Origin: Botryllus schlosseri
Taxonomy: Eukaryota
Reading direction: 5' to 3'
DNA: 64,000 nucleotides
Assembly: GCA_051294905.1 (NCBI GenBank)
Contig: CM119381.1
Coordinates: 17,422,001 to 17,486,000, forward strand
Shown here: piece by piece, positions 1 through 14,500 of the stretch
Layout of the letters: each line of letters starts with the position of its first letter
Position numbering within the stretch: position 1 is the first letter of the stretch
Notes under the pieces: model-generated
Database searches by the model: none
Seen by the model: only the letters and a program-made list of their open reading frames with translations
What the model was told of the DNA's origin: nothing
Made by a program: the position numbers and the translations under genes

Positions 1-417
1 CGTTCGTGACATTCCCGTCTAAAAAGTGAGACGCCCTAGAGAACGTAATGTACCTTATACCGATATAATAAATAAGCTATGACCAATATTTCCGCTGGAC
101 CAACCCGATTTTGAGTTGATACGTGCAGCGTGAAATTTGCTCGTCATACTTTCGGAAGTAAGCAATTAGTACACCAATGGATCTTCACGGGAGTCGGTTA
201 TATGTCCAGCAGCGAAGCAAATATTTTTTGCCGAGGTAATGCTATAACGCCTGACAATGCATAAGGGCATAAAATGAACGGCAAATCGTCAAATCGAAGC
301 AATGACAAGACGACTCGTGCTGATTCCACTTTAAGGAGATCGGCCGGTCCTTCGCTAAATTTCCCATTGTCCAATTGCAATTTTCTCAATTGTAAAAATG
401 GAATTTATCCTTTTCAG

Positions 418-3400
418 AATACCGATTCACCGGTGTCACAAGCATTGAACCTCCGGTAAGTCAATATTCACAACGCGGAGGCCTTTATGGCAAAAGTCTA
501 TTATACGGTATATTTACGAGGGCGTAGGCATTCGTAGTATTTAGAATGCGCTGACAAATGTCGTTATATGTAATTTACGGCTATCTACTGTGATTGCATG
601 TTACATGACAAACCGCATACAGACAATCTAGACATGTTTACTCATTCTCAATATGAACTGCCTTTGCTCGTTATCAAAGTGATCTTGCACGGTGAAAGGG
701 TTTTGTTATACGGAAGCGCACGCCGGTTCGTCATTATGACAAGTCGTTTGTCAGCGACAAATTTCAACCTGCAGCCCTCGTCTGTAACCAGAACACATAG
801 ACTTGCAAATAAGGCATATGCATTTCATTGCTATTATGATATTTTGGTGACACGGTCATATGTTGTTTGTTTGATTTGAAAATCCAATTGTAATAATAGC
901 GCAGTGATTCTCAAACTTTTTGATCTGCGTCACAATCCCAAACTCCGTTACAATGCAACATTCGAGGCTGGTTTTGGGGGTTGCAAGACCACGAGCAGAA
1001 GAAAATTTAGATTTTCGCAATCATTACCTCGGTATAGCTTTCGATTGATACCCGTTTTATCAAATTGAATGCTCGGCAAGCCGGTAAAAATTACCGTCAA
1101 ATTGCCTTTCACCAAATGGAAAGTGTGACGTAGACCAATCTCACTGAGCCTTGAGATTTGCTTGTGTCCACACCATATAGGACACTGTGGTCCTACACAT
1201 ATACAATATGCACTGTTTGAATTTTTTCAATGGTCGTGCGGAACTATAAACACTCTACGCCAGGGTGATCCAAGACCACAAGCAAGGCGGGGTGAATTGA
1301 ATATTGCCCATTGATATTCGTGGTAAAACATACGTTTTTGCATCGCTGGTTTATGTGACCCTCGTTTCAGGCGGAAAAGGCCGAAAAAGAGAAGGCCGAA
1401 AAAGATAGCAAAAGTAAGGACGACGATAAAGACGACAAGAAAGACGATGTCGTTGCCACAAAACTATCAGCTGACACGCCGCCCAGACTATTTCTTGCCT
1501 ATGTATCACAGGTATAGTGCTGAAATGAGATCAAGTTTGAGCCGATGCTTATATAATATAGGCCTAACCCCTGTGGGATGACGAAATGACATTAAATTAC
1601 ATGCAACACATAAGTTCATCGCGGTGTTGTAATTGTAATTACCCACGGACACGATGATGAACTTGTTTATATGATACAGGGGTGACCCTGACCAACCTTT
1701 TCGGTCAAAGGGCCACATGAGATTTACGAACCATTGTGCGGGCCACTTGAATATTGATGGCCTTTTGGTGGTCGTCCGATAAGAGCGAACGGGATTAGGT
1801 AACGATGGGAACAAGATTTATGTTACTACGCATCAAAATAGATAAAAATTATATCCTTATGTCCTTGCATATATTGCGGGTCGCCTCTGTATATTGCTGG
1901 GGTCATTTGGCAAGGACTGGATTATTCGGGGCTTGGACAATGTGGACATGTCAATATCGAAGATTTCGGCGAACATGCGTCTATCATTTTGTGTCAAGGT
2001 TTCATCGCCGACGATCTTTCTGCGAGCGTAGATGCAAAGTCGCATGTTGGACGACACGTTCTCTCGTAATTGCGAATGTAGCTAGACTCAATTTTGTAAA
2101 TTGGGTGTATTTAAAATATTTAGGCGGGGTACCAATACTAAAAGCAAGTAATCGGGTGACAATAAATAGCGTGAAGCGCTAAGAAAATATCAAAATCTAC
2201 CACGAAATATTCTACTTCATGGTCATATACTAAGATCTACAAAATTGTGGCTGGCCCCTGGCTACCACAATACGTCGGAAGTATATTTTAGTCATCAACT
2301 TCCAGTATTTCGCGGCCATGCTAATCAAATTTTTGGTTGGCATTGCAAGTTCGCAATAAATTACTTGGGTGATTTATTTTTTCACATTATAACTAATTTC
2401 GAGAATTACCTCGCGGACCACTCACAACCTTCTCGCGGGGCACGGGTTGGCCGCCCTAGATGTAATATTACAACAATTTCGAACAACCAAGTAAGGGCGA
2501 GCAATGACTGTGATGTATGCCAACCATATATATTGCTCTCTAACTAGTACTCGGCTATGCCTATTCATATGTGGTATTGACGAAGTGTGACATTTGTCAA
2601 TAGTCAAGTCCGGTCTTGTACGAGTTATTGAGAATTCATTTGGGATTTTGTAGAACATAGGTCAATATTTCATAAAATATGAGTGCTATGTTTGGCGAGC
2701 GCTTACTCATCTGTTCCAATCATGTGCTTTGTCACTATGACGAAACCAGGCATCATTAATTTAACTATACGCGTCGTGAAGTGGTATAGTAAACTGAACA
2801 ATGAACATTCACAATGCATGTAGTTTACATCTATATACTGCCCGTCATATGGATGTAGCCCAAGTTATAAAAATATTCGTTCTACCCTAAACAACTTATC
2901 TTACATTCACCGATAACAACATTTCAGGTCATTTTCCGTCTGGCCATCGAAATTGGCTTTATGGTGATTCAATTCAACATCTACGTCTACAAATTCTACG
3001 TCCCCGAACTGTTCAAATGCTCTCGCTGGCCGTGCCCCAATGTCGTCGACTGTTTCGTGTCCAGACCTAAAGAAAAGACAGTGATGCTTTGGATTATGTT
3101 TGGTAAGTGGCCCGAAGTCATGCCCATTTCACTGGTAGTCTGATTCCTCAAAAAGGGGCGTGCGAGTGATGATGGAAATTTGAGGCGTAGGAATTTCTTA
3201 CAGTGCGGTGACATCAATATAAACCGCAAAGTAACCTACTACATGACGTCACAGTCATCATCGTCACGTGTGAGATTACAAAATCATTAATGACCTTTTA
3301 CTCTCATCCTGGCGGCGACTATTGTTGATTACAATTTCATATTGAACTCTGCGGCCGTGTGAGGTATGGCGCAACCAGCGACCTTTGTGTCGGTATGCAC

Positions 3401-6400
3401 TCGATGTTTGGGCTGGGTAATTGTTGTATAATACGCACATATACTTTCCAATGTTTTGGTCGTGGCATTTAAAACCTGTCAAAGAACAACGACCACCGCC
3501 AAAGTTAATCTTCAACGCGTCGCTTATAAATCAACGTGATATTGACATTATTGGAAAAGTGGGCGTACGTAAACGGCGCCCGTCGCCTCTCCTTACTATA
3601 AGAAAGTTAAAAGGTAAATAGCGGTGGCTAAAATATATCGATTCCATGCCAACAGAGCACACCATTTGTCGTGTGACTTCGAAAACTCGACAGACCGCAC
3701 CAAGACTAAGGACGGTCATTAGTATGTATTATATCCCTATATCTAAGCAACAACAACAGCTTTTCTGCTTCGCACTCAGAGCAATCAGGGAATGGGCTGA
3801 GGTTGATCATATTATACGCCACGGAACCATTTCATTTGAATTTCCGTGATAACTTCACATTCACAACCCAAATTCACTAACGTATCTATTGTCAGATCCG
3901 CGAATGCAACGAAAATACTTTGGTCTTACAGCAAGAAAGTGGGATATTTTTACTATAGCTCAGTGACGTCATCTCGACACTGCTACGTCACAATTCATTT
4001 TGGCACTCGGTATTAGCATTTTTGTAAAATGAATATAATTTGCAGCACTTTGAATTACTGCTTCCTACACGAATTGCATCGCTGGTAGGTACCATATGAA
4101 ACGGTAGAAACGCCTAATTCAGCGTCCGTATAATTAGTAAATACGGACAAGATATATTACAGCCGCGCCTATATCAAATAGGCAGGATCTCATTAAAGCG
4201 AGCCGTGGTACGAAATTAGGAATTAAAAAATGTCATGCTCTCAAATCACTCAACTCGCGAGTAAATGTATAACTGGTAGCGATTTACTAGTTGTATGACC
4301 AAACTTGAGGCTGATACTGTTTGCCGGCGCCATGACGCTCGCAAAATGCAACATGTATACGACTTTTTGGTGTTGACTTAATACTCTTGTTTGCGATGTC
4401 TGAAGTCGAAGAGGACTGACATATTTTTATGAATTTCGCTGAGTATTCGGGTTTCTCAGTTTATGCGTGCACGTTTGATGTGGGGTGTACCAATATTTGA
4501 TTACTTCTTCTTAGCGCGAGTGGGTCAACATTTATGACTTAGGAAACTATTAGCAAAGTTGAATTTTCAAATTTGTATCTATTAGACACAGCTACTGTAA
4601 GTCTTGTCTTGATGTTCATAGACCAGATTCATTACCCAATAAAGCATAGAATTACCCATACCTAACTATGAGGATATATCTTGCAGTGTGAGGGCAAAAC
4701 TGTGTCTTTCATTGCATCGCAATCCTGTGGCGTTTTGAAGCGACGGAAATATTAATAAACGAATGAATGAATACTAAATTCATCCATTCGTGGTAGGCTA
4801 ATTCGACACCAAATGACCACGAAGGAAACCATGATAGTAACTCAACAACAGCAACGCGCCTAGTATACAGTTGTGCAATGTGCATCACCCCTCATTCATT
4901 CACAACAGGACTCGTTTTTAGTTGAAAGGTTTCAGAGCAGGATCCATCTAAATAAATCAGATACATATCACGAGGTTATACGGTTCCCTGGCCTGAATGA
5001 TATTCACATATTCAGAATCACTCCGACAGTGAAACTTTTAGTTGCTGTTATTTATGATATTCATGGCGTTTCGACTACATTGGTCAATGGTCATATTACA
5101 CCTGGCCGATATTCTTCATTATGGTTCCGTAGTTGCCAACTTGTAGGCATTTTAAGACACCCAGCGAGGAGGACAAACTTATAGTTAATACCGATTTTAA
5201 TTAATTTTATTATCGGGTCGCTATGTTATATGTTTCCCTATGCAAATTTATCCTGATGCAGAGCATCAAGGCGTGATGGAATTCCCCTGAGTCCGAATCA
5301 AGATAATTTCTAATCTTCTACTCATTTCACAATATTCAAACATACACACTCATTGCTCAGCTCTTCACATGCATAACGTCAAAATTGTCATTTCGACGCG
5401 TACAACTATGACATCACCAACACGTTACGTTACAATTCAATGATTCATTAATTAAGAGTAAGTTTGCAGAGTTCATCATTTAATACAGGTGTGTGGCGAG
5501 TAATGATCATGACTCAAAGTATGCAGTTGCGACATAGTGGATTTACAGTATGTACAATACACATTGTACACAAATACACTTATAAGAATTATGCTGACTT
5601 GGTCAAATGGTAGCTGGTTGCCCGAACCGGCTTGTAACAACCAGTACCTGAGTACTACAGATAAAATTATCAAGTAATACGGTACTATCGACTGTTATGA
5701 AACCATACTTGTTTGCGTATTATAGATAAAGGCGAGTAGGCTGCGTGAGGCAAGTTGTTGATCGAAATATACCATAATAATCAGATCCAATATTTATCAA
5801 GCTGTTTGTTTCCGTGAAGGTGCGTTCTTGCGCCTATAACTGATAACGGCACGGCTGAATAGGCGATGTAACGAATGAGAACGTAAAATGTCGCCAGACG
5901 CTGTTAGATTCCCGCGCAACGGGTATTAAAACCGTGTACTGCAGTCGCTCGTAAATAGCAAAAGCGCTCGCTAGCAATGAAGTTACTAGCGAGTAAATCC
6001 TCATCCTATCTGTTCGCGTTTGTTTAGCGCTCGGTGTTGATTACTGAATACGGGTTGTCCGCGATAGCAGCATGATAAGTGGTCAATTCATTTTGCCCTT
6101 CGTTCCATTTTTGTGGTCGCATATTTCGATAGTAAGTACGAACAACAAATTGTATTTGTATTTGACAACGGTCATTTATTTATCAGAACTAAATGCGGGG
6201 CCGTTGTTTAGTGCTTTATCTCGATTTACATTACAAAGTATAAGGTATATCGGCACGATGTAAGTTAGATTTAATATCAACATATTCATTGCTTTGCATA
6301 CCCTACCCATACAGGGACACGTGCTAGTTTTCATATGGGCATTTGGGCAAGTTATCGAATTCGCTTCATCTAATCTAAGATATAAAATTCTCGAATTCAA

Positions 6401-7945
6401 ATTACTGCTCGAATATACAATACATCGCAACCTCTGACTTGCTTGGATATTTGATATGCACAGGGCCGTAACAGCACTTCGCCAGCCCCCCAAAACGTTG
6501 GTCATGGGCCCCCTATATGATGATAACCCGAACTAATGGGGGGCTTAGCCCCCCAGACCCCCCGTCAGGCTGGACGCTGTTTACCGTTGCTAGGGGCCGT
6601 TTATAGAGTCAGTTTTTCTCTCCTAATCGCGCAAAGCGCGAAAAATTTCTATAATTGATGATTGAATCAGTCAATATGATCGGTAATTGCATATATATTG
6701 CTTTCAACTTCTATCCTCTCTCTGCTCACGTAATCAGTTTTACAAGTAGAGCTGAGTGAAGTGTGTTTGAAAAGGTAGGACCCCTCAATAATAATTATAA
6801 TTTTCGGGCGTATACCCGTTGGCAGGAACGAAACAGTACTTCGTCAGCCCCCCCCCCTCCAAAAAAAAATCTTAGATCTTGGGGGCCATAGGGTGATAAA
6901 CCTAACCCCAATCACGTTGTTCGCTTTTTCCACGAAATTGGTCGTACTGTTTAGTGAGCTAGCGCGTGGCGCGAAAATTTTCAATAATTCATGATAAAAT
7001 CGGTCAATAAAATCGGGAATTGCATATATATTGCTATCAATTTCTTGTCCTCTCTGCTCACGTAATCAGATTTACCGGTAGAGCTGAGTGAGGTGTCTTG
7101 GAAACTGTAGGGCCCGTTGGTATGACTCCGTAACATGATGTTATTTCGTGACTTCCTCTCTGCTATATCAAAAAATATAGAATTGTCCAAACGTAGGCTA
7201 CTAAACTATAAAAGACGTACCCAAAAATCAAGATATCTGGCAGCTCTAAATCGCGCGGAGCGCCAAAAATTTTTGAACAAGTTGCATAAATTTTCAAAAA
7301 TTACTCTATAATTTATGCTAATTCCCGAAATAATTTTGGGCCCCCTTCGAGCTCACCCTCCTCCAATTGGGGGGTTTGGGGTGCGGCAGTTACGGTCCTG
7401 GATATGCAGAACGCACTGCCACAGTGCTGTGACATGACAGGATATAAACAGTTGAACGTGGAAGTCCTCGATAACTGTTAATTTACCCTATCCTATCATT
7501 TTGTCGGGCTATACAAGTAACTCCTGCCAAGGGACTTTTATACATATTTGATTCCGTGCACCCGTGCACAATTGCACATACATACACTCACACGCCAACG
7601 AGCAAATAGCAGCGCAGTCGGAGTGAACTAATTGGAATATTTTTTTTTGTAATTGGAGATAATATTCTTCCAGGTACCGGGATCATCATGATCATACTCA
7701 ATCTAATCGAACTCTATCACTTGGGACTGAAAAAGGTGTACGAGGCGTGGAAGAGGCGAGGCGAAGACATTACAAAACAATACAAACTGCCTTCCAGCAG
7801 CATGCCACAGTTCAGTAGGGGATACGGTGGCTACAATCGATACAGAGGCGGATATCCGCAGGCTGTGGGTATTCGGGTCGGCTACGCCCGGAGTAGTTTG
7901 TCGGGCGAGGGCGGCGGTGATTATGATGGAGATCAATTTATATAA
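418..7945 (+). CDS. Connexin (gap junction protein) CxA, 5'-incomplete; visible coding exons 418-455, 1371-1511, 2928-3102, 7674-7945
   Basis: AG/GT-bounded exons splice in phase (1-0-0-1). They encode an acidic/basic cytoplasmic loop, TM3 (PPRLFLAYVSQ|VIFRLAIE), extracellular loop 2 with C-x4-C-x5-C ([21 protein letters not shown]), TM4 and a tail ending DQFI-stop. N-terminal exons are not in the window. Confidence 0.92.
1677..2458 (+). mobile_element. hAT-type MITE (CAGGG(C/G)TGGCCAACC family) in CxA intron
   Basis: Left end CAGGGGTG..CCAACCTTTTC..AAAGGGCCACAT and right end CGGGTTGGCCGCCCT. Internal sequence is shared with 19099-19799 (reverse) and 25290-25590. TSD degraded. Confidence 0.7.
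6461..7400 (+). mobile_element. hAT-type MITE (CAGGGCCGTAAC family) with internal tandem duplication
   Basis: TIR CAGGGCCGTAAC / GTTACGGTCCTG with a perfect 8-bp TSD GATATGCA. An inverted relative lies at 20940-22231. Confidence 0.88.
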
Positions 7946-9371
7946 CGACTCAAACAAATACTGTGAAATACCTAGAAATTTGAACTATTTTAAGAGTACC
8001 GCAACATTCCGAAAAGTTACACGACACTGTTGAAAAGTCTTAACGGATTACTTACATCGCTACCGATCCATGTAAACGAGCGCCATGTCTCCTGAAAGGA
8101 TGGCATCGTCCCAGCGAGTGCATCTTGTTGCCAATCAACTCCAAGCGTGTTACATCGTGATCTCGTATACATGCGGATCCTGCAATTACAAAGCATGGTT
8201 AGATAATAATCTGTGTAAAAACATACGGCGAAACGATTTTCAAAGTTTTGTGACTGCTACTTTTTTTGTATTTACTCACAGAATTTTACATTTTGGTAAA
8301 CTTTCTGATTAGATCAATTCTATATAACAGCGGCTTAAAGCTTCAATTTTCATAGTGAGCACGGAACAAATAAATAGGCTAATGCCCGCGTCGAGCGCGA
8401 TATCGGACAATTGTATTTTCACCAGAAGTCAATCCCACATGCCTAGCTATATAGATCAATGTGTTGTAAATGCACCCATTTCAATATTCTGAACAATTGC
8501 TATTATATTTCCGTAAACATATGCTTCGTGTCTGAAACTGATTCACGCGGTCATTTGCTCGGTATATCAGTGACAATGCAAAATATTAGTTCGATATAAT
8601 AATATTTTATCTGTTAAGTTTGGTGCCCAATTCCGATCATCTCATGTCACGGCAAAGAAATTTAGAATATTCGCAAAATACCTTCGCAGGCATGTAGCAT
8701 TACATTTTGAATCAGCGATACTAATAAGATATCAACATTGGTAACTATTATACACGGATACATGCAAAAAAAGAACGGGACCAGCATATAATCTACTGTT
8801 CATTTGGGTATTATATATATATATCTTAATGCATCATATTTCAGTGCAATTTTTATGACAAAAACATGATTTAATAGTCTGCAAGTGCCATCCAGTTGTT
8901 TTGTGGAATGTAGTCGAAAAGATTAATTTTCAATCTCGCTGTAGCTATATCCTGTTGTGTAATATGTGCCAAAATTACTCTGCATGCACGAGTTTGCACC
9001 TGCGTGTTCGTCATTGATTTTGTGTGTTTTTATATTGTCGAACAAATGCGATAATCAATAAAGGTATGAGCACCGCATTGCGTTCATCATCTTGTCGTTT
9101 AACACGGGTTTCAACACAGTGATATTGTTTGATGCATGTTACATTGAAACTCAGCTATAACTTATGTCTGAGAGAGAGAGAAAGTCTTTATTTTTTCATC
9201 CAACCAAAATAAATAACAAACAGACGGCAATGAATGCAATAACATTGAACAAGTCTCACCCATTTTGGCATCGGTGATTGTCAGTACAATCCGACGCAAA
9301 AATTTTCCCATTTCGTGTTTTGTCGATGTTTGCCACTGGGTTTCAGGTATCAGTGAATATATTAATGTAAG

Positions 9372-9883
9372 TAGGGTGGCATTTAAAACAAAATCAATTT
9401 AAAACAATCATGTATAAAAGATGACCCTTGTTTAAAACAGTTTTTTTTATTTCATTTTTTATCAGCCATAATATCACAAATCCTTAAGTGTGACGTCATA
9501 GTGGATTGAAAATGACAATATAAAATATGGAGTATATAATAAATATGGCTCCTTCGACGAAAAAGGTTTCCGACCACTGTCACAAACAGGCAAAAAATAT
9601 CTTTAACCAGGACTACATCGTTATGTATCAATTTTACAGTCGTTGATCATCATCACCAGAACACTCATTAATTCTATATCTACATGCTATAACTGTTGAG
9701 TGTTGAACCGACGATGATTTCGAGGGTTTCAGCCATTCCACGTCGTATACGTCGACTATATTAGTTATACAAATCGTCCGTATATGCTCATACTACGTGT
9801 TTGTTTCGAAAGTATTTACTCAACTATGACATAATTATTTATTATAATATTTTAAAACACCATTTATTTTAAATGCAACCCTA
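9372..9883 (+). mobile_element. TA-flanked MITE (TAGGGT(G/T)GCATTTAAAA termini)
   Basis: Terminal inverted repeats TAGGGTGGCATTTAAAA / TTTTAAATGCAACCCTA. Reverse-complement relatives lie at ~37440-37853 and ~46560-46901. Confidence 0.75.
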
Positions 9884-10749
9884 GTTGTAAGTATAAGCCC
9901 TTGATTGCCCTGACTGCTTAGTGCTTATACTTACAGCATGTTATAGTGTAGAAAGGCTTTTCTGCCCACCGTCAACTTTCAACTCTGCCAGCAATTAAAA
10001 AAATGACAACAATGAGATGTGCCGACGAAGTATAGGCTACCTATTTTCACGCAATAGGCGGACTGCAGATTCCGACTCACGCCGAAAAGGGTGCAACAGT
10101 CTCGGAAATTGCGAAATCAGTTCAGCTTTCTCTTATAACTGGTCAGCGGAATCGTCCGTAAGGTTAAACATTCCCAGAAGTTGTTCCTAGAAACGCATAC
10201 ATTAATGCTGAGGAGTGCAACGGTACTTAGTACCAGTAGGCGGAGGTGCATGTTATATTTGTTGACCGTGCTTGGTCACTTGGACATCTACGTTGTCTTG
10301 AGCGAATGAACATTGAACAATGAACATATTGCAGGCTCTCGCCAGGGACAAAATGCATTCTTGGCTTCTTCCAATTACGTATTTATCATGGACATTGTAT
10401 CAGCATTTATACTGTCATTACATGTCGTATCGGTGACACCACATAAGTGCATAAGCATTTCGTCTCACTCCTCATTTTTCACTGACCATGCCGATGGTTA
10501 AGTTGCAAAATACCGAGACGTCGGAGTGAACATAGCACGAGCAAGGATTGCTTTGATCATGGCAACACAAAACTCTTTCATTTCCATACTCTTTGTTATC
10601 AAATCAAACTCGCTGTCCGACTATAGTAGGTCATGTCATACTATACAGAAGTAATGAATACCTTCGATTAGAACGACAGAGGCGTTTCACCAACGAGTTG
10701 TCAGAGTGCTCTCGGTGTTGAATCTCACGATTTCTTGGATATGTTCATT

Positions 10750-11199
10750 TCATATACTTTTCGCTCCAGTTTTCTTGTAAATTGAACTGTGAGTATATAA
10801 TATACAATGTACAATGTACATGTATATGTTTCCACACCCCGTCTGCAAGTGTCTTTCACCTAAAAACGACGGAGTCGGCGTAATACCATATTCTCTTGAT
10901 GATTTCGGACTTCGGAATAGCATTTTCTCAAACTGAAAAAGAATAATTGATGTATCGGAAGTAAGCGTTGAATTGAAACCAAATATAACTCCGTTGGGAG
11001 CTGTGGTCTTCGGATGCGGAAACATATCCACGGTTGTAACAAGAATCCTCGAAATCCAGTATAATTTCGATTTCAAATTTACGTTTACCGGGTCGACGTA
11101 CTGCCACAGCGAATCGTCAATGCCAAGTATCTCACCAAGGCCACGACTGATATGCAGATTCTCGAGGCACGTTGGTCGTGGATCAATCATCTGCACCAA
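10750..11199 (-). pseudogene. Uninterrupted 149-codon ORF fragment resembling a Polinton/Maverick-type minor capsid (penton) protein (tentative)
   Basis: LHISRGLGEILGI...DPVNVNLKSKLYWISRI...IILFQFEK...GE...YIVH follows the motif order I recall for Polinton PX/penton. No database check was possible. Confidence 0.35.
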
Positions 11200-11575
11200 C
11201 TCCCCGATGTTTTCTCACATTATTGCATGATTGACATCGTGACATCGCAATGAAATCAGCCATATGTCCCAACATCCAACGGTTAAGTGTCAAATTCTTT
11301 TAAATACCCCATGTTTGCAATGAAAAGGTACGAGACGTCAAAACTATCAAAATGAGCGCATTGGTACTGACGCATCGAGCAATTCTCTTCTTATAGGCCT
11401 CTGCTTAGCCATCTAGCGACGATAATCGAGAAAAAGTTTAGTGACACTCCGAAAAATCTGTATATTTCAGAAGTGAAGTCTATGATATAACGAATACCGA
11501 AGGTTTAAAACGAAATATGTCTATCTAACGAACAGATGATAGGTTAGAATCGACTGATTTCCCGACAACGTCCAA

Positions 11576-14500
11576 ATGGGATGGCATTTACTTGAAACAC
11601 TCTTGCAACAAGTGGGCGAGCATGCGACTTTGGTGGGAAAGCTCTGGGTGACGGCAACCTTCGTCTTTCGCTTTATCATTGTCGCGAGCGTCGGTGACGC
11701 GGTGTATTCCGACGAGCAATCGGACTTTTACTGCAATACCGAGACGCCAGGTGAGATTTTGCACTCACGCGTGTCATGGCCTACCTTTAGTAGGCCACAC
11801 GCGTGTATATATTTATGTTGCTGATTGGACGTATGACCCGCGTTAAAATAGCGGCTATCAAAACAGTGTGAATAATTTGGCACTGTGGAATCCAAATATC
11901 ATTCGTGTTTTCACCAGGACTGAATAAAACTTTGTCTCTGCGAGAACATAAACTCACGAATTTGCTCCATCCAATTTGCTCTTGGCCAAGTACTAGCGGC
12001 GGCGAATCATTTATCTTATTTACAACCGGAATGGATAATGGAATGGATATAGTTACATCTTAGTTTTGTACGGACTTGTACTACTAGATAGTTCTAGTTG
12101 TCTAAATAGTAGGACAACTTTTTGTTGCACTAAAATCGTGAGAAAGTTGCATTTAATTGTAACAAAAGTTGCACTTATATTTGTGAGAGTGAGATACTCG
12201 AAAGGTTACGTTGTACAACCTAACAGCTTAGGATTTACTGGGTGTTTGCTTGTTCAGTTTCCTTTTTGGCCATTCCATCGATCATGCATACACTTTTATG
12301 TTCCTTGGGTTTAAAATTTCGCTGTCAGCTCCCGCAGAGCTGTCAAATTTGGTACTCTCCCATTTCACGGACGGTCAGGCGAGACAGCCGAAAATTACAT
12401 TTTTGCCAGTACGCATCAATAAAATAACGTAATGCGGGAATAATTTTCCGCAGAAAGTCAAACAGCAAAGCGATAAGCCTACCATCCGCTGCCTCCAAAA
12501 CAAATATACTATACCACACCCTAAACCCTATAGGTCTGCAAACTTGTTCCAGGGCAATACAGCAATGATGGCGTCTTTAATAAAATAAATAGCCTGAAAA
12601 AGGCGACACATAGTAAAAATGTAATTTTAGAACAGCGGTTCTCAACCGGGGAGGTCCGCGAAGCAATTCCAGGGGGTCCGCGAGACCTCTAAGTTAGCAA
12701 AATGATTGTTAACCTAATATGTATATTTATAAATTAGGGAAAGCATGAGCCAGTTTTCCTCAACAACTTCTAAAACCTCATTACTCACATCATCAGAATA
12801 ATCGTATGACATGAAATATCACTGTGCAAATTCATTTTAATTGCCAATAATCTATACTGATACAAACATCTTGCTCTTTCGTGACGTTTTGTGAGAGTTT
12901 GTGGAAAATATTAAAATATGGTGATATATAGTAAGATCAATCAGAGTGACTTCGTAGTCAGTGTCACCAAATTAGTTAAGTGGTTTGAAATAAAAAAAAC
13001 CTGGAGTATGCTTCCTAACTTTTCCCAATCAAGGGATTGAAACCTCTCGCCACGAAGTCCATTCTATCATGTGATATACATAACCGCACTACTCCAGAAT
13101 AACTTCCAAGATGAGATGCTAGATAAAAATGACTAGGCTGGGCGTGATATGTTCATTAAAAATATCCTTTTTCATTCTATGGCCATAAATGTTGCGATCA
13201 CACCAAAAGTGTCGTCGGAAACGTTACGCGTTAATATGGCATTAGCCTCCATCTATCTTTGTGGAAAGGGATTTTCGGCACTCGTTCATATCGAATCGAA
13301 GACGCTGATATTTAGAGCCACGTAGGCCTACTTCAAGAAATACAGCTGCAAAGTTAGCTTTGAACTCATAAAATTCTACACAATTTCTACATAAACAGTA
13401 TGATGTTGTTATCACGAAAAGTCATTTTGTTGCTGTTTATCACAAGCCTACACTTCATATTTGCACAAGACAGATAAAAGTGGCACTATAATGAAGTTAA
13501 AGTTGAACTAAAACTTGAGGGGGTCCGCAAGGGTCCGTGGCAGTCACAAGGGGTCCGCGAAGCCAGAAAGGCTGAGAACCACTGCTTTAGACGGTCTCGC
13601 CTGGGCGTCCGTGAAATGGGAAACGGCCTCAAATTGAAACAACAAGAATCAATCATAGTTCGGACACTGTCGCGGTTGGCTAAGGCTGTTGAACCTAGCT
13701 TGCAAGCCCTTGCGTCATATATTAACATGGAAATGCGTCTATAATCCATCACATATAGCTCCGTGTTATGCAAATCAAGAGAATGAAGCCATTCTAGAAG
13801 TAGTTTTATAACATGTTTTTGAAAATTCTCCTTTATAAATTTTAAGCGATACTTGATAAAATAGTTACAGTAAAAAGTTGCATGAAAAATATAAAAAAAG
13901 TTGCAAAAAGCTGCAATATGAAATTCCTACAAATAGATTAAAACTTCATACTACATAAATTCTGAGTATTTAGGAAGCTGCCCTAGGCTACTAATTAGAA
14001 TAATTAGGGCGAAATGCCGATAATCTAATTTTAATCTAATTTGTGAAATGTTAGTTTGCTCTAATTCTGATTCTAATCTAATTTGTGAAATGTTTCTATG
14101 CTCCAATTTTAATTGTAATCTAATTTCTTGTTTCCCTGAAAATGCTAGCGGAAAACTGCGTAGTACGAAACGAGCCAAGCTTTCTGTACGGGCATCGGGC
14201 ATTTGTCACATTCTCGTGCTTATATATGAATGTGGTCTGTTGGCGATGGTCATTCATTTATTTTTCTTACGTAATTCAATCGTTGCAGTAATTTAGTAAT
14301 CTTTCTTTTTATCTCGTCTTGCACTTGCGTATATAAAGCGCCTTTCGGACATTGCAGTCGGATTTTCTCAACGACGCTTAATTAATTGTGAATCCCGCAC
14401 TATAACTCGCCACCTTCAGATCATACATTTGTTCAGTATTTAACATTGGAGTGTCAGACAGTTGAATTGCAACAACTTGCGTCAGGTTATCGCAAGATTA

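Noticed and set aside
6176-6505. 109-aa - strand ORF as a sixth penton-like relic
   Set aside because: Motif resemblance is too weak, and the ORF begins inside the MITE at 6461.
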